DNA of 64,000 nucleotides from Candidatus Bipolaricaulota bacterium (GTDB lineage Bacteria; Patescibacteriota; Patescibacteriia; UBA11705; DATKZF01): NCBI GenBank assembly GCA_035528115.1, contig DATKZF010000001.1, positions 160,312 to 224,311 of the forward strand, read 5' to 3'. Shown piece by piece: positions 38,191 to 48,169 of this stretch (position 1 is its first letter; each line of letters starts with the position of its first letter). The notes under the pieces were generated by a model. It saw only the letters and a program-made list of their open reading frames with translations, ran no database searches and was not told where the DNA came from. The position numbers and the translations under genes were made by a program.

Positions 38191-39454
38191 CTTTATTTTG
38201 CCTGATAAGAAGCTGTGGCGCTCTTTCCGGATGCGCCATAATCGCTTTAACGACTTTTTCCATGCGCGTCGCTTGCGAACCTTTGATTAAAATAACGTCG
38301 TCGCTTTCAATCTCATTCGCGATATATTTCGCCGCGTCGGCGGAATTGCCGAACAATTTGATATTTTCCAAACTCACGCCTCCGCGCATGGCTCCTTTCA
38401 AAATTTGTTTGTTGTGTTTACCCACCGCGTATATTTTTTTATAACCCAATTTCGCTGCTTTAATTCCCAAATTTTGATGAGCTTCATCGGCCAATTCGCC
38501 GAGCTCGAGCATATCGCCCAAGGCGGCCAAGAGCCTGCCCTCTCGCGGCACTTTGCCCACAGCTTCCAACGCGGCCATGGCCGCGTCCGGAGAAGAATTG
38601 TAACTGTCATCGATAATGGTGCTGGCGTTAATTCCTTCAATGATATTCATCCGGCCTCTGGGCGATGAAAACTTCTTCAAGGCTTGGCCGATATCAACCA
38701 TATTCATGCCCATAACCGCGCCAGCGGCCGCCCCGGCCAAAGCCGCGTACAACTGATGTTTGCCGATCACTCCTGGCAAAAACATGGGAATGGCCGAACC
38801 TTGATAAGATAATTTGAAGCTGAGCCCTCTGGCTTTATTGTTTTCCGAAGAAACGGCCGCGCCGATTACGGACATATCGCAATCCTCCGAATATCCGTAA
38901 CTTAATATTTTGGCTTTGGTGATTTTGCTCATTTCCCTCACCTTGTCATCATCAAAATTCAAAATGGCCGCGCTGGTCGGCGGCAAATACCTGACCAAAT
39001 CTCCTTTTTCCTTGGTAATTTTATCAATCGTCCCGAAAGACTCAATATGCACAGGACTGACTTTCGTCACCACCGCGATATCCGGTGGCGCGATATTGAT
39101 CAAATATTTTATATCCCCCGGTTTATCCGCTCCCATTTCCAAAATCAAAACATCCGGATATTTCTTATCCTTTGAACCGAGCCACAGCTTCCCGGCTTTG
39201 GCAAAGACATTGAACCAACCCCAGATCGATTTGCCGCCGCTCTCAGCGCCGATAATCGTCAGCGGCACGCCGAATTCATTATTATAATTTTTGATATTTC
39301 TTCTGACTCTGAATTTTTTCTTTAAAACGATAAAAGCCGCTTCCTTGCTGGAAGTTTTGCCGATACTGCCGGTGATACCCACGACTTTGGGCTTATAACG
39401 CTTTAATATCCTTTTCGCAAAAAAGGCCAATAATTTTCTTAAAATATTCATCAT
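38174..39454 (-). CDS. murF: UDP-MurNAc-tripeptide--D-Ala-D-Ala ligase
   Basis: VVGITGSIGKTSSKE P-loop and Mur ligase domain order. Confidence 0.88.
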   Translation of the reverse strand: MMNILRKLLAFFAKRILKRYKPKVVGITGSIGKTSSKEAAFIVLKKKFRVRRNIKNYNNEFGVPLTIIGAESGGKSIWGWFNVFAKAGKLWLGSKDKKYPDVLILEMGADKPGDIKYLINIAPPDIAVVTKVSPVHIESFGTIDKITKEKGDLVRYLPPTSAAILNFDDDKVREMSKITKAKILSYGYSEDCDMSVIGAAVSSENNKARGLSFKLSYQGSAIPMFLPGVIGKHQLYAALAGAAAGAVMGMNMVDIGQALKKFSSPRGRMNIIEGINASTIIDDSYNSSPDAAMAALEAVGKVPREGRLLAALGDMLELGELADEAHQNLGIKAAKLGYKKIYAVGKHNKQILKGAMRGGVSLENIKLFGNSADAAKYIANEIESDDVILIKGSQATRMEKVVKAIMAHPERAPQLLIRQNKEWLVS

Positions 39455-39584
39455 AATTTTTATAAAATCCTAAATTCTAATACCTAAATCCTAAACAATA
39501 TTCAATGTCCCAAATTCCAATGTTTGAAAATTGGAACATTGTAATTTCGAATTTATTTGTTATTTGGTATTTATTTTTTGGAAT

Positions 39585-41357
39585 TTATTCCGTAGGCGGC
39601 ACACCGTAATATTCTAGTATAAACTTGGATATTTTGCCAAATGTCGGCGCGGCCGTGGAAACGGCATAGGCGCGCTGGGGTCGATCTATTTTCACGATCA
39701 TCACGAACCTGGGATTTTCCAGCGGCGCGAATCCCGCGAAAGAATGGATAGTCTCCTCGCCATATCCTCCGCTGACTTTGTCCGCCACCTGCGCGGTGCC
39801 GGTTTTTCCTCCGACAATATAACCGGGCACACCGGCGACCTCAGCGTGTCCGTTTTTAACGACGGAAACAAGCATGCCTTTAAGCAAAGCGGAAGTGCGA
39901 TCGGAAATCACTTTGCGCACCACCTTCGGCTCGGTCACTTTATTCGAGCCATCGCTGTATTTTATTTCATCGATAATATAAGGTTTGACCAATGAACCGC
40001 CATTGACCAAAGCCGCGTAAGCGGCGATCAGCTGAATCGGAGTGGTCATGATGCCCTGACCGAAGGAAGCGGTCGCCATATATATTTCTCCGGACTTTTT
40101 CAAAGAGCTGATGTCACCCGAAGATTCCGGTCCCAATTCCATACCCGTCGGACTGCCGAAACCGAAATTCTCCATGTAATTCCTGAATACTCCGAGGCCG
40201 ATTTGGCGAGCCGCGAAAATGGCGCCCGTATTCAAAGACTCTTCCAGCACATTGGTCATGTTTTTTATGCCATGCGCCAAACCGTCCGAATTCTTAATGG
40301 TAAAATCATCTATTCTTTCTTCACCGGGGTCATCGTAGGTCGTGTACGGATCAATTCGTCCCGCATCAATGGCCGCGGCCATGGTGATTGGTTTGAAAAT
40401 GGAACCGGGTTCGTAACCTATCGAAACCGCCCCATTATTAAAGATGTCAATATCCTCGACTTTATTGTAGTTATTAGGATCGAAATCCGGAGCCCCGCAC
40501 ATGGCGATGATTCTGCCGGTATATGGATCCATAACGATAAGACTACCGCTTTTGGCCGAATATTCCTCAACCGCCCTGTCCAAAACATCGCACGCGAAAA
40601 ATTCTATTGATTTATCAATGGTCAAAACAATATCGGCGCCATCCTCGGCTTGCTCGAATTTTTTTCCGGCCACTGAAATCCATCGCCCCAAACTGTCCAA
40701 TTCCGATTGCAAAAAACCCGATTTGCCCGCCAATACATCATTGTACCCGCCTTCCAAACCGTAATTTCCGGTCATGTCCGAGTGGCTGACAAAACCCAAA
40801 ACATGACTGCCGATATTTTTTTCCGGATAATATCTGGTTTTTTCCGCGGCAAAATAAATACCCGGCAAATTCATTTCCTTCAGTTTGGCGACGGTCTCAT
40901 CTTCCGCGCGATGCCAAACCGGCTCGTAAGGATCATTGTCTTTTCCCAATTTGCTCAACAAATCCGCTTCCAGCGCTTCATCATCAATGTGAAAAACTTC
41001 CTTTAACCCGCCCAAGACGGCCTGGGGATCTTCGATCTCATAAGGTTTGGCGAAAACCAAGGTCAAATCCTTGTTGGTGGCCAAAGGATAATATTCCATT
41101 TTGTCAAAAACTCCTGTCGTGTCTTCCCTGATCAAAATATCTCCACGCGTCGGATACAATTGTTTGAATATTTCATGCTGATCCGAAGCCAAAGCGTAAT
41201 AATATTGATGATCCAGCACCTGGATTTTAAATAAACGAATGGAAATAAGCAACGCGAAAACAATAAAAAAATATTTTAAAATTAAAATTCGGCGGTCGTT
41301 TTTCTGACCGTCATTTCTGTTTTTTTTATTGTTGCCCGCATTAAAAATTTTTCTCAC
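39585..41357 (-). CDS. ftsI: Penicillin-binding protein (FtsI/PBP2-type transpeptidase)
   Basis: N-terminal TM helix, PBP dimerisation domain, and a transpeptidase domain with SxxK-like, SGS and KTGT (GGKTGTAQ) motifs. Confidence 0.88.
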   Translation of the reverse strand: MRKIFNAGNNKKNRNDGQKNDRRILILKYFFIVFALLISIRLFKIQVLDHQYYYALASDQHEIFKQLYPTRGDILIREDTTGVFDKMEYYPLATNKDLTLVFAKPYEIEDPQAVLGGLKEVFHIDDEALEADLLSKLGKDNDPYEPVWHRAEDETVAKLKEMNLPGIYFAAEKTRYYPEKNIGSHVLGFVSHSDMTGNYGLEGGYNDVLAGKSGFLQSELDSLGRWISVAGKKFEQAEDGADIVLTIDKSIEFFACDVLDRAVEEYSAKSGSLIVMDPYTGRIIAMCGAPDFDPNNYNKVEDIDIFNNGAVSIGYEPGSIFKPITMAAAIDAGRIDPYTTYDDPGEERIDDFTIKNSDGLAHGIKNMTNVLEESLNTGAIFAARQIGLGVFRNYMENFGFGSPTGMELGPESSGDISSLKKSGEIYMATASFGQGIMTTPIQLIAAYAALVNGGSLVKPYIIDEIKYSDGSNKVTEPKVVRKVISDRTSALLKGMLVSVVKNGHAEVAGVPGYIVGGKTGTAQVADKVSGGYGEETIHSFAGFAPLENPRFVMIVKIDRPQRAYAVSTAAPTFGKISKFILEYYGVPPTE

Positions 41358-41408
41358 AAACTAAAAACTTATAGATATAAAATACCACAAATTTTGCATT
41401 TTTCAAAG

Positions 41409-41437
41409 TTGCGGACATTATGGCATTTTGATATAAT
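41409..41437 (+). promoter_or_regulatory. Sigma-70 promoter TTGCGG-N17-TGaTATAAT (extended -10)
   Basis: -35 at 41409-41414, TG at 41429-41430, and TATAAT at 41432-41437. It lies upstream of the small ORF and the repeat-protein gene. Confidence 0.5.
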
Positions 41438-41461
41438 AAAACCATTGAATAAATACTACAT

Positions 41462-41626
41462 ATGGCTAAAAATAAAACAAACAAAGCATGGCAAGAATTT
41501 CAGAAGAGAATAAGTGAGCTTAGGAAAAAGCAGCTGGAAACGTTAAATAAATTCAGCCAGCGATTAGCTGATCGACAAATTAGAAAGATTCAACAGGAAA
41601 TTAAAAGAGAAATTAAACTTAAATAA
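41462..41626 (+). CDS. 54-aa basic coiled-coil ORF immediately upstream of the tandem-repeat protein. Below the ORF-track length cutoff.
   Basis: ATG at 41462 translates MAKNKTNKAWQEFQKRISELRKKQLETLNKFSQRLADRQIRKIQQEIKREIKLK. It stops 1 nt before the ATG of the next gene. Confidence 0.4.
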   Translation: MAKNKTNKAWQEFQKRISELRKKQLETLNKFSQRLADRQIRKIQQEIKREIKLK

Positions 41627-41627
41627 T

Positions 41628-43277
41628 ATGACACTGAAAGAACATCCAAGCGAAACAACGGAAAAAGAGAGTTTGGCGACTCCGGAAGCGGTCGAAAAAA
41701 ATCCTGAGGGACTTATGGAAAGAGCGGGAACGGCGGTTGAAGAGTTCCAATCTGGCGGCTTGCCTTTGGCTGAAAAAATGGCTGAGGGCGAGGCGGTGGA
41801 TGAGGATATTAAGGATGAACTGGACGGATGGGTTAAGGAGGCGGAAGGAGCAAAAGACAGCTTAGGCGTGGAAATATTGCCAGAGGGAGAGAAGGAAAAT
41901 AATCTTGTTGATGACCTAATCAAGCAAAATCCCACGGAGATTGTCAATAATTTAGAAAAACACACTCTTTCCGAAGAGCAGAAAAAAAGCCTCGTTGATA
42001 GTCTAATAGAACATGATCCCAGCGAGCTTTTGTTAAAATATAATCCCATGTCGAACCTTTATGATTTTTTTGAAAGCGTCACTCTTTCCCCAGAACAGCA
42101 AAATAATCTTGTTGACAAGCTAACCAAACAAAGTCCCAGGGCACTTTTGTTCTCTTTGGGAAATTTCACCCTTTCCGAGGAACAGAAAAACAACCTTGTT
42201 GATAGCTTAATCGAAGCTAATCCCACGGAGCTTCTCTCCAATTTAAACAAACTCACCCTTTCCGATGAACAGAAAAACAACCTCGCTGAAAAACTAACAG
42301 AAGAAAATCCCGGCATACTTTTGAGCTATTTAGAAAACTTCACTCTTTCCGAGGAGCAAAAGAACAACCTTATTGATAGATTAATCGTAGATAGGCCCAC
42401 GGAGCTTCTCTCTGATTTAGACAAACTCACCCTTTCCGAAGAACAGAAAAACAACCTTGTCGAAAAACTAATCATAAAAAATCCCGGCAGTCTTGCCGAA
42501 AAAATAGGAAACTTCACCCTTTCCGAAGAACAGAGAAACAACCTTGTTGACAACTTAATAAAACATGATCCCGGCGGGATTAGGTCCTATTTATTAAAAT
42601 CAAACCCTACACAGGAGGAGCGAAATGATATTGCTAATAAACTACTCGAACATGCTCCTGGGGCGCTAACCCATAACTTAAGACAATTTACCCTTTCCGA
42701 GGAACAAAAAAACAAACTTGCTGATAAACTAATAGAACATAATCCCAAGGAGCTTCTCATCAGCTTGGGAACATCCGGTCTTTCAGGGGAGCAAACAAAC
42801 AACCTCGTTAATAGCTTAATCAAACTTGCTCCCGAGGAACTTGTCGGCCGCTTAGGAACATTCACTCTTTCCGAGGAGCAAAAGAAAAACCTTGTTGATA
42901 GTTTAATTAAACATAACCCCACGACGCTTGTCTCCAATTTAGATAAACTCACCCTTTCCGAGGAGCAAAAAAACGAATTTCTGAATAGCCTAGTCAAGCG
43001 CGATCCTACCACGGCCGTCAAGCATTTAGAAGAATTATCTTTCTCCGATGAGCAGAAAAATAACCTTGTTGACAGCTTAATCAAACATGCTCCCGCGGAG
43101 CTTGTCTTCAATTTAGAAAAATTCACCCTTTCCGAGGAACAAAAACTAATACTTGGTGATAATCTGCTCGAAAAAAATCCCCAAGTGATCCTTGCTTATC
43201 CGGAGAAGATCACTCTTACTCCTGAACAGCAAAAAAGACTGGATAATAAGATAAGATTAGGAATGGTCCGGCGGTAA
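41628..43277 (+). CDS. Cytoplasmic tandem-repeat protein with 15 copies of a 29-aa (87-nt) unit, consensus FTLSEEQKNNLVDSLIKxNPxELLSNLxK
   Basis: 549 aa with an acidic non-repeat N-terminus of about 110 aa and no signal peptide. The 87-nt period is visible at DNA level (ctttccgaggaacagaaaaac recurs at 87-nt spacing). Confidence 0.75.
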   Translation: MTLKEHPSETTEKESLATPEAVEKNPEGLMERAGTAVEEFQSGGLPLAEKMAEGEAVDEDIKDELDGWVKEAEGAKDSLGVEILPEGEKENNLVDDLIKQNPTEIVNNLEKHTLSEEQKKSLVDSLIEHDPSELLLKYNPMSNLYDFFESVTLSPEQQNNLVDKLTKQSPRALLFSLGNFTLSEEQKNNLVDSLIEANPTELLSNLNKLTLSDEQKNNLAEKLTEENPGILLSYLENFTLSEEQKNNLIDRLIVDRPTELLSDLDKLTLSEEQKNNLVEKLIIKNPGSLAEKIGNFTLSEEQRNNLVDNLIKHDPGGIRSYLLKSNPTQEERNDIANKLLEHAPGALTHNLRQFTLSEEQKNKLADKLIEHNPKELLISLGTSGLSGEQTNNLVNSLIKLAPEELVGRLGTFTLSEEQKKNLVDSLIKHNPTTLVSNLDKLTLSEEQKNEFLNSLVKRDPTTAVKHLEELSFSDEQKNNLVDSLIKHAPAELVFNLEKFTLSEEQKLILGDNLLEKNPQVILAYPEKITLTPEQQKRLDNKIRLGMVRR

Positions 43278-43364
43278 TAAAAAAATTCGCTCAAGAAATT
43301 ATTAAAACAGGAAAAAAGTTAAAATATTTCCCATAGGAGACCAACCTTGATGAAACACAAAAGA

Positions 43365-43388
43365 GAAGCGCCTCGCTTCCCTTTTTGT
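43365..43388 (+). terminator. Rho-independent terminator after the repeat-protein gene
   Basis: GAAGCGCCTCGCTTC hairpin followed by CCTTTTTGT. Confidence 0.45.
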
Positions 43389-43396
43389 ATCTGATT

Positions 43397-44158
43397 TTAC
43401 TGTTGCTGATGATCGCTTTTCTTCGCAAACCCTTCAAGCGCGTGCAAAACCTCGACAGGAGTGACGAAAATTATGGTGTTGGATTGATCCGAAGACACAT
43501 CGTTTATCGTCTGCAAAGTTCTAAGATGCAGGGCTCCCGGAACGGCGCTCAGAACTGCCGCGGCTTTGGAAATATTTTCCGCGGCCATCCTCTCGCCTTC
43601 GGCCGTGATAATTACCGCGCGCCTTTCTCTCTCGGCTTCGGCTTGCTTGGCTATCGTCCTTTCCATATTCTCCGGCAAAACAATGTCTTTTAACTCAACA
43701 TTATCAACTTTTACGCCCCAAGCGTCCGTGGCCTTGTCAACGATATCCTTAATTCTTTGAGAAATCATCTCGCGAGAGCTGAGCAATTCGTCCAAAGTCA
43801 CTTCGCCGACCACGTTTCTCATAGTGGTCTGCGCCAATTGCGACACTGCCCAAAAAAAGTTCTCAACTTCCAATATCGCTTTTTCAGAAGAAGACACTTT
43901 CCAATAAATAACCGCATTCACGCCCACTGACACATTGTCTTTGGTAATGGCCTTTTGTTCCGGCACGTCAACCGCCTTGATGCGCATATCGACTTTTCGC
44001 ATTGATTGAAAAATCGGCCAAATGATTCTCCAACCGGGATTAATGATGCCTGTGTATCTGCCCATGGTGAATTTCACGCCTCTCTCGTATTGATTGATCT
44101 GGCGCAAGCTGGTCAAAATGATAAAGACAACAAAGATTAAAAGATAAACTAAATACAT
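43397..44158 (-). CDS. SPFH/Band-7 (stomatin-like) membrane protein
   Basis: N-terminal TM helix and SPFH domain (YERGVKFTMGRYTG...), with a coiled-coil EAERERRA region. Confidence 0.85.
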   Translation of the reverse strand: MYLVYLLIFVVFIILTSLRQINQYERGVKFTMGRYTGIINPGWRIIWPIFQSMRKVDMRIKAVDVPEQKAITKDNVSVGVNAVIYWKVSSSEKAILEVENFFWAVSQLAQTTMRNVVGEVTLDELLSSREMISQRIKDIVDKATDAWGVKVDNVELKDIVLPENMERTIAKQAEAERERRAVIITAEGERMAAENISKAAAVLSAVPGALHLRTLQTINDVSSDQSNTIIFVTPVEVLHALEGFAKKSDHQQQ

Positions 44159-44173
44159 AAATTTTTACGGTTA

Positions 44174-45070
44174 TTATTTAAAATCGTTGAATATTCCAAG
44201 ACCTTCGGAAACGTACTCGAGAGCTCCTTCCGGCGCGGTGATTTGAACGTTCGAATTATAATCCTTCATGGTCATTTCAACGCTGAGATCCACGACTTCC
44301 GTGTCGGACTTGAAGGGCACGCTCATTGTCAATTTATAGAGAAAGAAATCTTTTTGGCCGATCCACATTTCCATATTCATATTGTCCAGATTATCGGCGA
44401 CCTGATCCAAATCATCTCTGTCTTTATCCGTAAATTCTTGCCCCTGCTGTTTGGCCAGAGCTTCCATAAAGGCTTTGAATTCGTCTCTGTCCATTTTCGT
44501 CTTATAATGATAGGTTTTCACTCCGTTCACCTCCGCCGAGCCCAAATCTTCGGTAATCCTGAATATCCGATACTCTTGCATGAGTTTTTGAATGGTGGCC
44601 ATATGATCCAGACTCAAAGAGCTGACACCGGCTTCTGTCGAAGTCTTGTCTATATTCGTGTAAAACCATTGGTTTGTCTCTATGCCCAAAGGAATCAGCG
44701 CGGGCAATTCGCGCAATCGAAAATAAGTTTTGTCATCAAGCAAACGAGCGTCCCCGGCCACATTCATGCTCAAACCCTGCACCTCGATATTTCCGGTCAA
44801 GGCCGCGTCAATTTTGGGGGCCTGCTTGTCCGTGCCGTCATAAGCTCCGGTCATGTCTATTTTAAAAGTGGTTTCCACTCCCGCTCCGCTCGGATCAGGC
44901 GTGGTTGTTTTCGCCGTTAAAACGCCGTCGAACCGATAAGTTTTGACGTCTTCGATCGAAGATTTGATCATGTTGTCCAACACGTCGTCGGGAGCCAATT
45001 TTTTTCCACAACCAGCGGACATGGTCAACACCATTATCGCGATGGCGAAAAGAATCGATAGTTTTTTCAT
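44174..45070 (-). CDS. Hypothetical lipoprotein
   Basis: Signal peptide with an LTMSAGC lipobox. Length 298 aa. Confidence 0.6.
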   Translation of the reverse strand: MKKLSILFAIAIMVLTMSAGCGKKLAPDDVLDNMIKSSIEDVKTYRFDGVLTAKTTTPDPSGAGVETTFKIDMTGAYDGTDKQAPKIDAALTGNIEVQGLSMNVAGDARLLDDKTYFRLRELPALIPLGIETNQWFYTNIDKTSTEAGVSSLSLDHMATIQKLMQEYRIFRITEDLGSAEVNGVKTYHYKTKMDRDEFKAFMEALAKQQGQEFTDKDRDDLDQVADNLDNMNMEMWIGQKDFFLYKLTMSVPFKSDTEVVDLSVEMTMKDYNSNVQITAPEGALEYVSEGLGIFNDFK

Positions 45071-45100
45071 ACTTTTTTGCGTATTTATATTAGTAAAATT

Positions 45101-45195
45101 GTTACGAATTACAAGAATCTATTTAGCTTCTAGGTTATTTGTTACAAATTACATTCACTTATAGCTTTATGCTTAAGAAAATTGTAATTCGTAAC
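45101..45195. repeat. MITE-like element, family A: GTTACGAATTACA ... TGTAATTCGTAAC terminal inverted repeats
   Basis: Left 13-mer at 45101-45113 and its exact reverse complement at 45183-45195. The internal segment ttaggttatttgttacaaattaca...cttatagctttatgcttaag is shared with other copies. Confidence 0.7.
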
Positions 45196-45217
45196 ACTTC
45201 CCCTCTCAAATCTTCAT

Positions 45218-45577
45218 TTACATATCAAACGTGGTTTCAACCCATTCGTCTTTTTCATCATCATAACGATAAACGATGAACTCATTCACCTTTTCATCCG
45301 GAGAATATTCATAATCCACCTTGACTTCCCCGCCGATCCTGTTCGAATAATGAGTTTTTTTGCCGATTACCTTTGGTTTGGTGATAAATTCAAACCTCAT
45401 CTTGCCCATGGGGCCGTTAAATTCCACGAATTCGAACTTGCCGCCGGGAGTGTCTTCCAATTCCTCATTGCCCGAAGCCAAAACCTCGAAATTCTTGCTT
45501 ATTTGGAATTTAATGTCTTCCCATCTGTCAGGTATCATATGTTTATTACATTTTAGCAAAAAACGAAAAAAATTCAA
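45218..45577 (-). CDS. Hypothetical protein
   Basis: 119 aa (alternative start MIPDRWED). No motif recognised. Confidence 0.45.
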   Translation of the reverse strand: MNFFRFLLKCNKHMIPDRWEDIKFQISKNFEVLASGNEELEDTPGGKFEFVEFNGPMGKMRFEFITKPKVIGKKTHYSNRIGGEVKVDYEYSPDEKVNEFIVYRYDDEKDEWVETTFDM

Positions 45578-45754
45578 TATGTCCGCCCTTACGACTCATA
45601 TTCGATTTTTGCCGATTTTCTTTAATTTTGATATAATTCAATCAATAAATAATCTTTATATGTTCAAAAAAATAATAGCGTTTTTTCAAAGATTGAAAAG
45701 TATGATGAAAAAATCCAATAAAACAACCTCCGCTGATCAAACCGCGTGAGATAA

Positions 45755-45790
45755 TAAAAAACGACGCCTTCGGGCGCCGTTTTTTATTTT
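45755..45790. terminator. Bidirectional rho-independent terminator
   Basis: AAAAAACGACGCCTTCGGGCGCCGTTTTTTATTTT. Confidence 0.65.
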
Positions 45791-46916
45791 AAATAATTGA
45801 TTCTCTTATTTTCTTCATCAATCCCAAATAAAATTCCAAATTGTTCAACGTGGCCAATCGCGAAGCCATGGGTTCTTCGACGTCGAACAAATGCCGCAAG
45901 TACGCTTTCGAATAATTTCTCAAAACTTCAAACTTGCTGTCCGGATTGATCGGAGAAAAGTCTTCTTTGAACGGCTCGCTTTTTATATTCAAAGCGTAGT
46001 AAAAATTATTATCCGCGGTTTTTGAAGAATTCAACAATTCCGCGAAATCAATATTCTCTTTGAATAAATACAATCGTCCATGCCGCGCTTCGCGAGTCGG
46101 GATCACGCAATCGAACATGTCAATTCCGCGCTTGACCGCTTCAACGATATTTTCCGGCTTGCCCACGCCCATCAAATATCTGGGCTTGTCTTCGGGCAAT
46201 TTCGGACAAACGAAATCCAGCGTTTCATACATTTCCTTGGCGCTTTCGCCCACGGCCAAGCCGCCGATGGCATAACCGTCGAAATCAAGAGAAGTTATTT
46301 GCTCGATGCTTTTTAAACGAAATTCTTTATCCGTGCCTCCTTGGATAATACCAAAAAGCGAAGATTTCTGCACGGCTTTAGCCGGCTGAGCTTTTTGGTA
46401 AAAAACTTTACATCTTTTCGCCCATTCATAAGTCAATTCCAACGCTTCTTCAAGTTTCTTTTTCGTGGCCGGCAATTCGGTGCAAACGTCCAGAACCATC
46501 ATAATATCCGAGCCGAGCGTCATTTGCATTTCAATGGATTTTTCAGGAGTCATCATTATTTTCGAACCGTCGATATGAGAAGAAAATTCCACTCCTTTTT
46601 CGGACAACTTTCTTATTTTCGCCAATGAAAAAACTTGAAAGCCGCCGCTGTCCGTTAAAATAGGTTTGTCCCATTTCATCATTTTATGCAATCCGCCGAA
46701 ATTTTGCATTATTTCTTGGCCGGGCTTCAGCAATAAATGATAAGTGTTCGACAAAATAATTTGGGCCTGCAATTCGGTCAAATCCTCATATGTCAGATGC
46801 TTGAGAGCTCCTTTGGTGGCGATGGGCATAAAAAAAGGACCGGAAATTTTGCCATGTTCGGTTTCCAGCTCAGTCAGCCTGATTTTGCCTTTTTGATTAA
46901 TCTTTTTAAAAATCAT
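45789..46916 (-). CDS. tgt: Queuine tRNA-ribosyltransferase
   Basis: FFMPIATKG...LTDSGGFQVFSL...GLAVGE motifs and a C-terminal Zn site (CVIPTREARHG). Confidence 0.88.
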   Translation of the reverse strand: MIFKKINQKGKIRLTELETEHGKISGPFFMPIATKGALKHLTYEDLTELQAQIILSNTYHLLLKPGQEIMQNFGGLHKMMKWDKPILTDSGGFQVFSLAKIRKLSEKGVEFSSHIDGSKIMMTPEKSIEMQMTLGSDIMMVLDVCTELPATKKKLEEALELTYEWAKRCKVFYQKAQPAKAVQKSSLFGIIQGGTDKEFRLKSIEQITSLDFDGYAIGGLAVGESAKEMYETLDFVCPKLPEDKPRYLMGVGKPENIVEAVKRGIDMFDCVIPTREARHGRLYLFKENIDFAELLNSSKTADNNFYYALNIKSEPFKEDFSPINPDSKFEVLRNYSKAYLRHLFDVEEPMASRLATLNNLEFYLGLMKKIRESII

Positions 46917-46947
46917 AGTTAGATTATTATAACACACTTTAAGAGCA

Positions 46948-46976
46948 TTGACAAACCCTGAAATTTAGGATAAATT
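46948..46976 (+). promoter_or_regulatory. Putative promoter TTGACA-N17-TAAATT for the 47008 operon
   Basis: TTGACA at 46948-46953. The -10 is weak. Confidence 0.3.
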
Positions 46977-47007
46977 ATATGGCCAACCTTGGAAAGGAGG
47001 CTGTACA

Positions 47008-47409
47008 ATGAAAAGAGCAGTCGTCATTTGCGGCCTCACCTGGAAGGCCGGGAAACTGATTCAAATCCTCGCGGCATACGCCAAACTAAACGTGGCCGCG
47101 CCGGACACTCTGCGTATCAGGGAGGAAAGCGGATTTGTCGGCAAGCTGGAATGCAACCTTCATCAAGCGAATGCCAATCCGCTTTACAGCTTTGTGCTCG
47201 AGGATTTCTTTATGCCGCTAAGCTACTATCCCTTCGCGGACGGCACGTATCTGGAGGAAGACGTGCAGGCGGTCAGGCATGAGCGCAATTTGACTTTTGT
47301 CTTTCTCTGCCTGAAAACGCCACAAGGAACGACTCTTCGGGACTCGCTTTGGGACAGACAATCAATGGACAAAGCGATAAACGATCAAAAACAAGGAGGA
47401 ACTCCATGA
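47008..47409 (+). CDS. Hypothetical protein (first gene of a GC-richer island)
   Basis: GGAAAGGAGG ribosome binding site before the ATG. Length 133 aa, local GC about 57%. Confidence 0.55.
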   Translation: MKRAVVICGLTWKAGKLIQILAAYAKLNVAAPDTLRIREESGFVGKLECNLHQANANPLYSFVLEDFFMPLSYYPFADGTYLEEDVQAVRHERNLTFVFLCLKTPQGTTLRDSLWDRQSMDKAINDQKQGGTP

Positions 47410-47705
47410 GCCTGATTCTGCATCCGCTGGCGGAAACTCTCATCAAGGACGGAAAAAGAGAGTTGAGCGGAGAGTACATCGACGTCAAGCTTGGCGGTGA
47501 AAAAGGCCGGCGACCCATGCCTCTCCAGAAATACACATTGCCTGATGGCCGGATTCTGGTCGAGAAGATGCAGGGTCAAGACAAAGACGGCCGCGTCTTC
47601 CTGACGCTCGAGGAGAACGGCGCGCCAGTGCTGGGACTGTCATGGACAGCTCAGGCGATGAAAGATGAGGCTACGGTTGACAATTGGGACGGCAGGAGCT
47701 GGTAG
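47406..47705 (+). CDS. Hypothetical protein
   Basis: AAGGAGG ribosome binding site, with ATGA overlap onto the previous stop. Length 99 aa. Confidence 0.5.
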   Translation: MSLILHPLAETLIKDGKRELSGEYIDVKLGGEKGRRPMPLQKYTLPDGRILVEKMQGQDKDGRVFLTLEENGAPVLGLSWTAQAMKDEATVDNWDGRSW

Positions 47706-47733
47706 CTCCGGTTCCACTCCAAGGAGGAAAGCA

Positions 47734-48138
47734 ATGAAACAGCTCATCGTTCTGATGCTCGCGTGCGCCCTGGTGTCCGGCTGTTCGGCTCACCAAAATG
47801 GTGTAACCGTTCAGTACACTCCTTCCGAGAAAGAAATCTCAGGAGGAGTCCAGAGGCTGTTGTCCGAAGCGAAATTCGAGGACGGCAGCTACCTTTTGAC
47901 CAACGACTATGAGCTGCCCGGAAGCAGACTCTGGACGTTGCAGCGGGTCAGATTCGCCTCGAGCGTCTTCTCCCGCTATCGCGCTTATCAAGGCCTCAAA
48001 GTGCCTTGGCGCGCATTTCTCGTCAACGTGAACAACGGCCAACTGGCTGATCTGATCGCCTTGGAGGAGATCGATATCAAGGACGCAAAGCCGCCTCCGA
48101 GGACGGAGTTCGACCCAAATTCCATCTTCGACATGTAA
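47734..48138 (+). CDS. Hypothetical lipoprotein
   Basis: AAGGAGG ribosome binding site. MKQLIVLMLACALVSGCSA is a signal peptide with lipobox. Confidence 0.6.
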   Translation: MKQLIVLMLACALVSGCSAHQNGVTVQYTPSEKEISGGVQRLLSEAKFEDGSYLLTNDYELPGSRLWTLQRVRFASSVFSRYRAYQGLKVPWRAFLVNVNNGQLADLIALEEIDIKDAKPPPRTEFDPNSIFDM

Positions 48139-48169
48139 GCCTGGTTCATTAGCCGGGCTTTTAAAATAC

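Noticed and set aside
41564-43126. Minus-strand ORFs with repeated TRLFFCSSERV peptides (41564-42049, 42059-42316, 42326-42553, 42587-43126)
   Set aside because: They are the reverse-strand reading of the 87-nt tandem repeats of the plus-strand repeat-protein gene. The plus-strand gene has a ribosome binding site, a promoter and an uninterrupted 549-aa frame.
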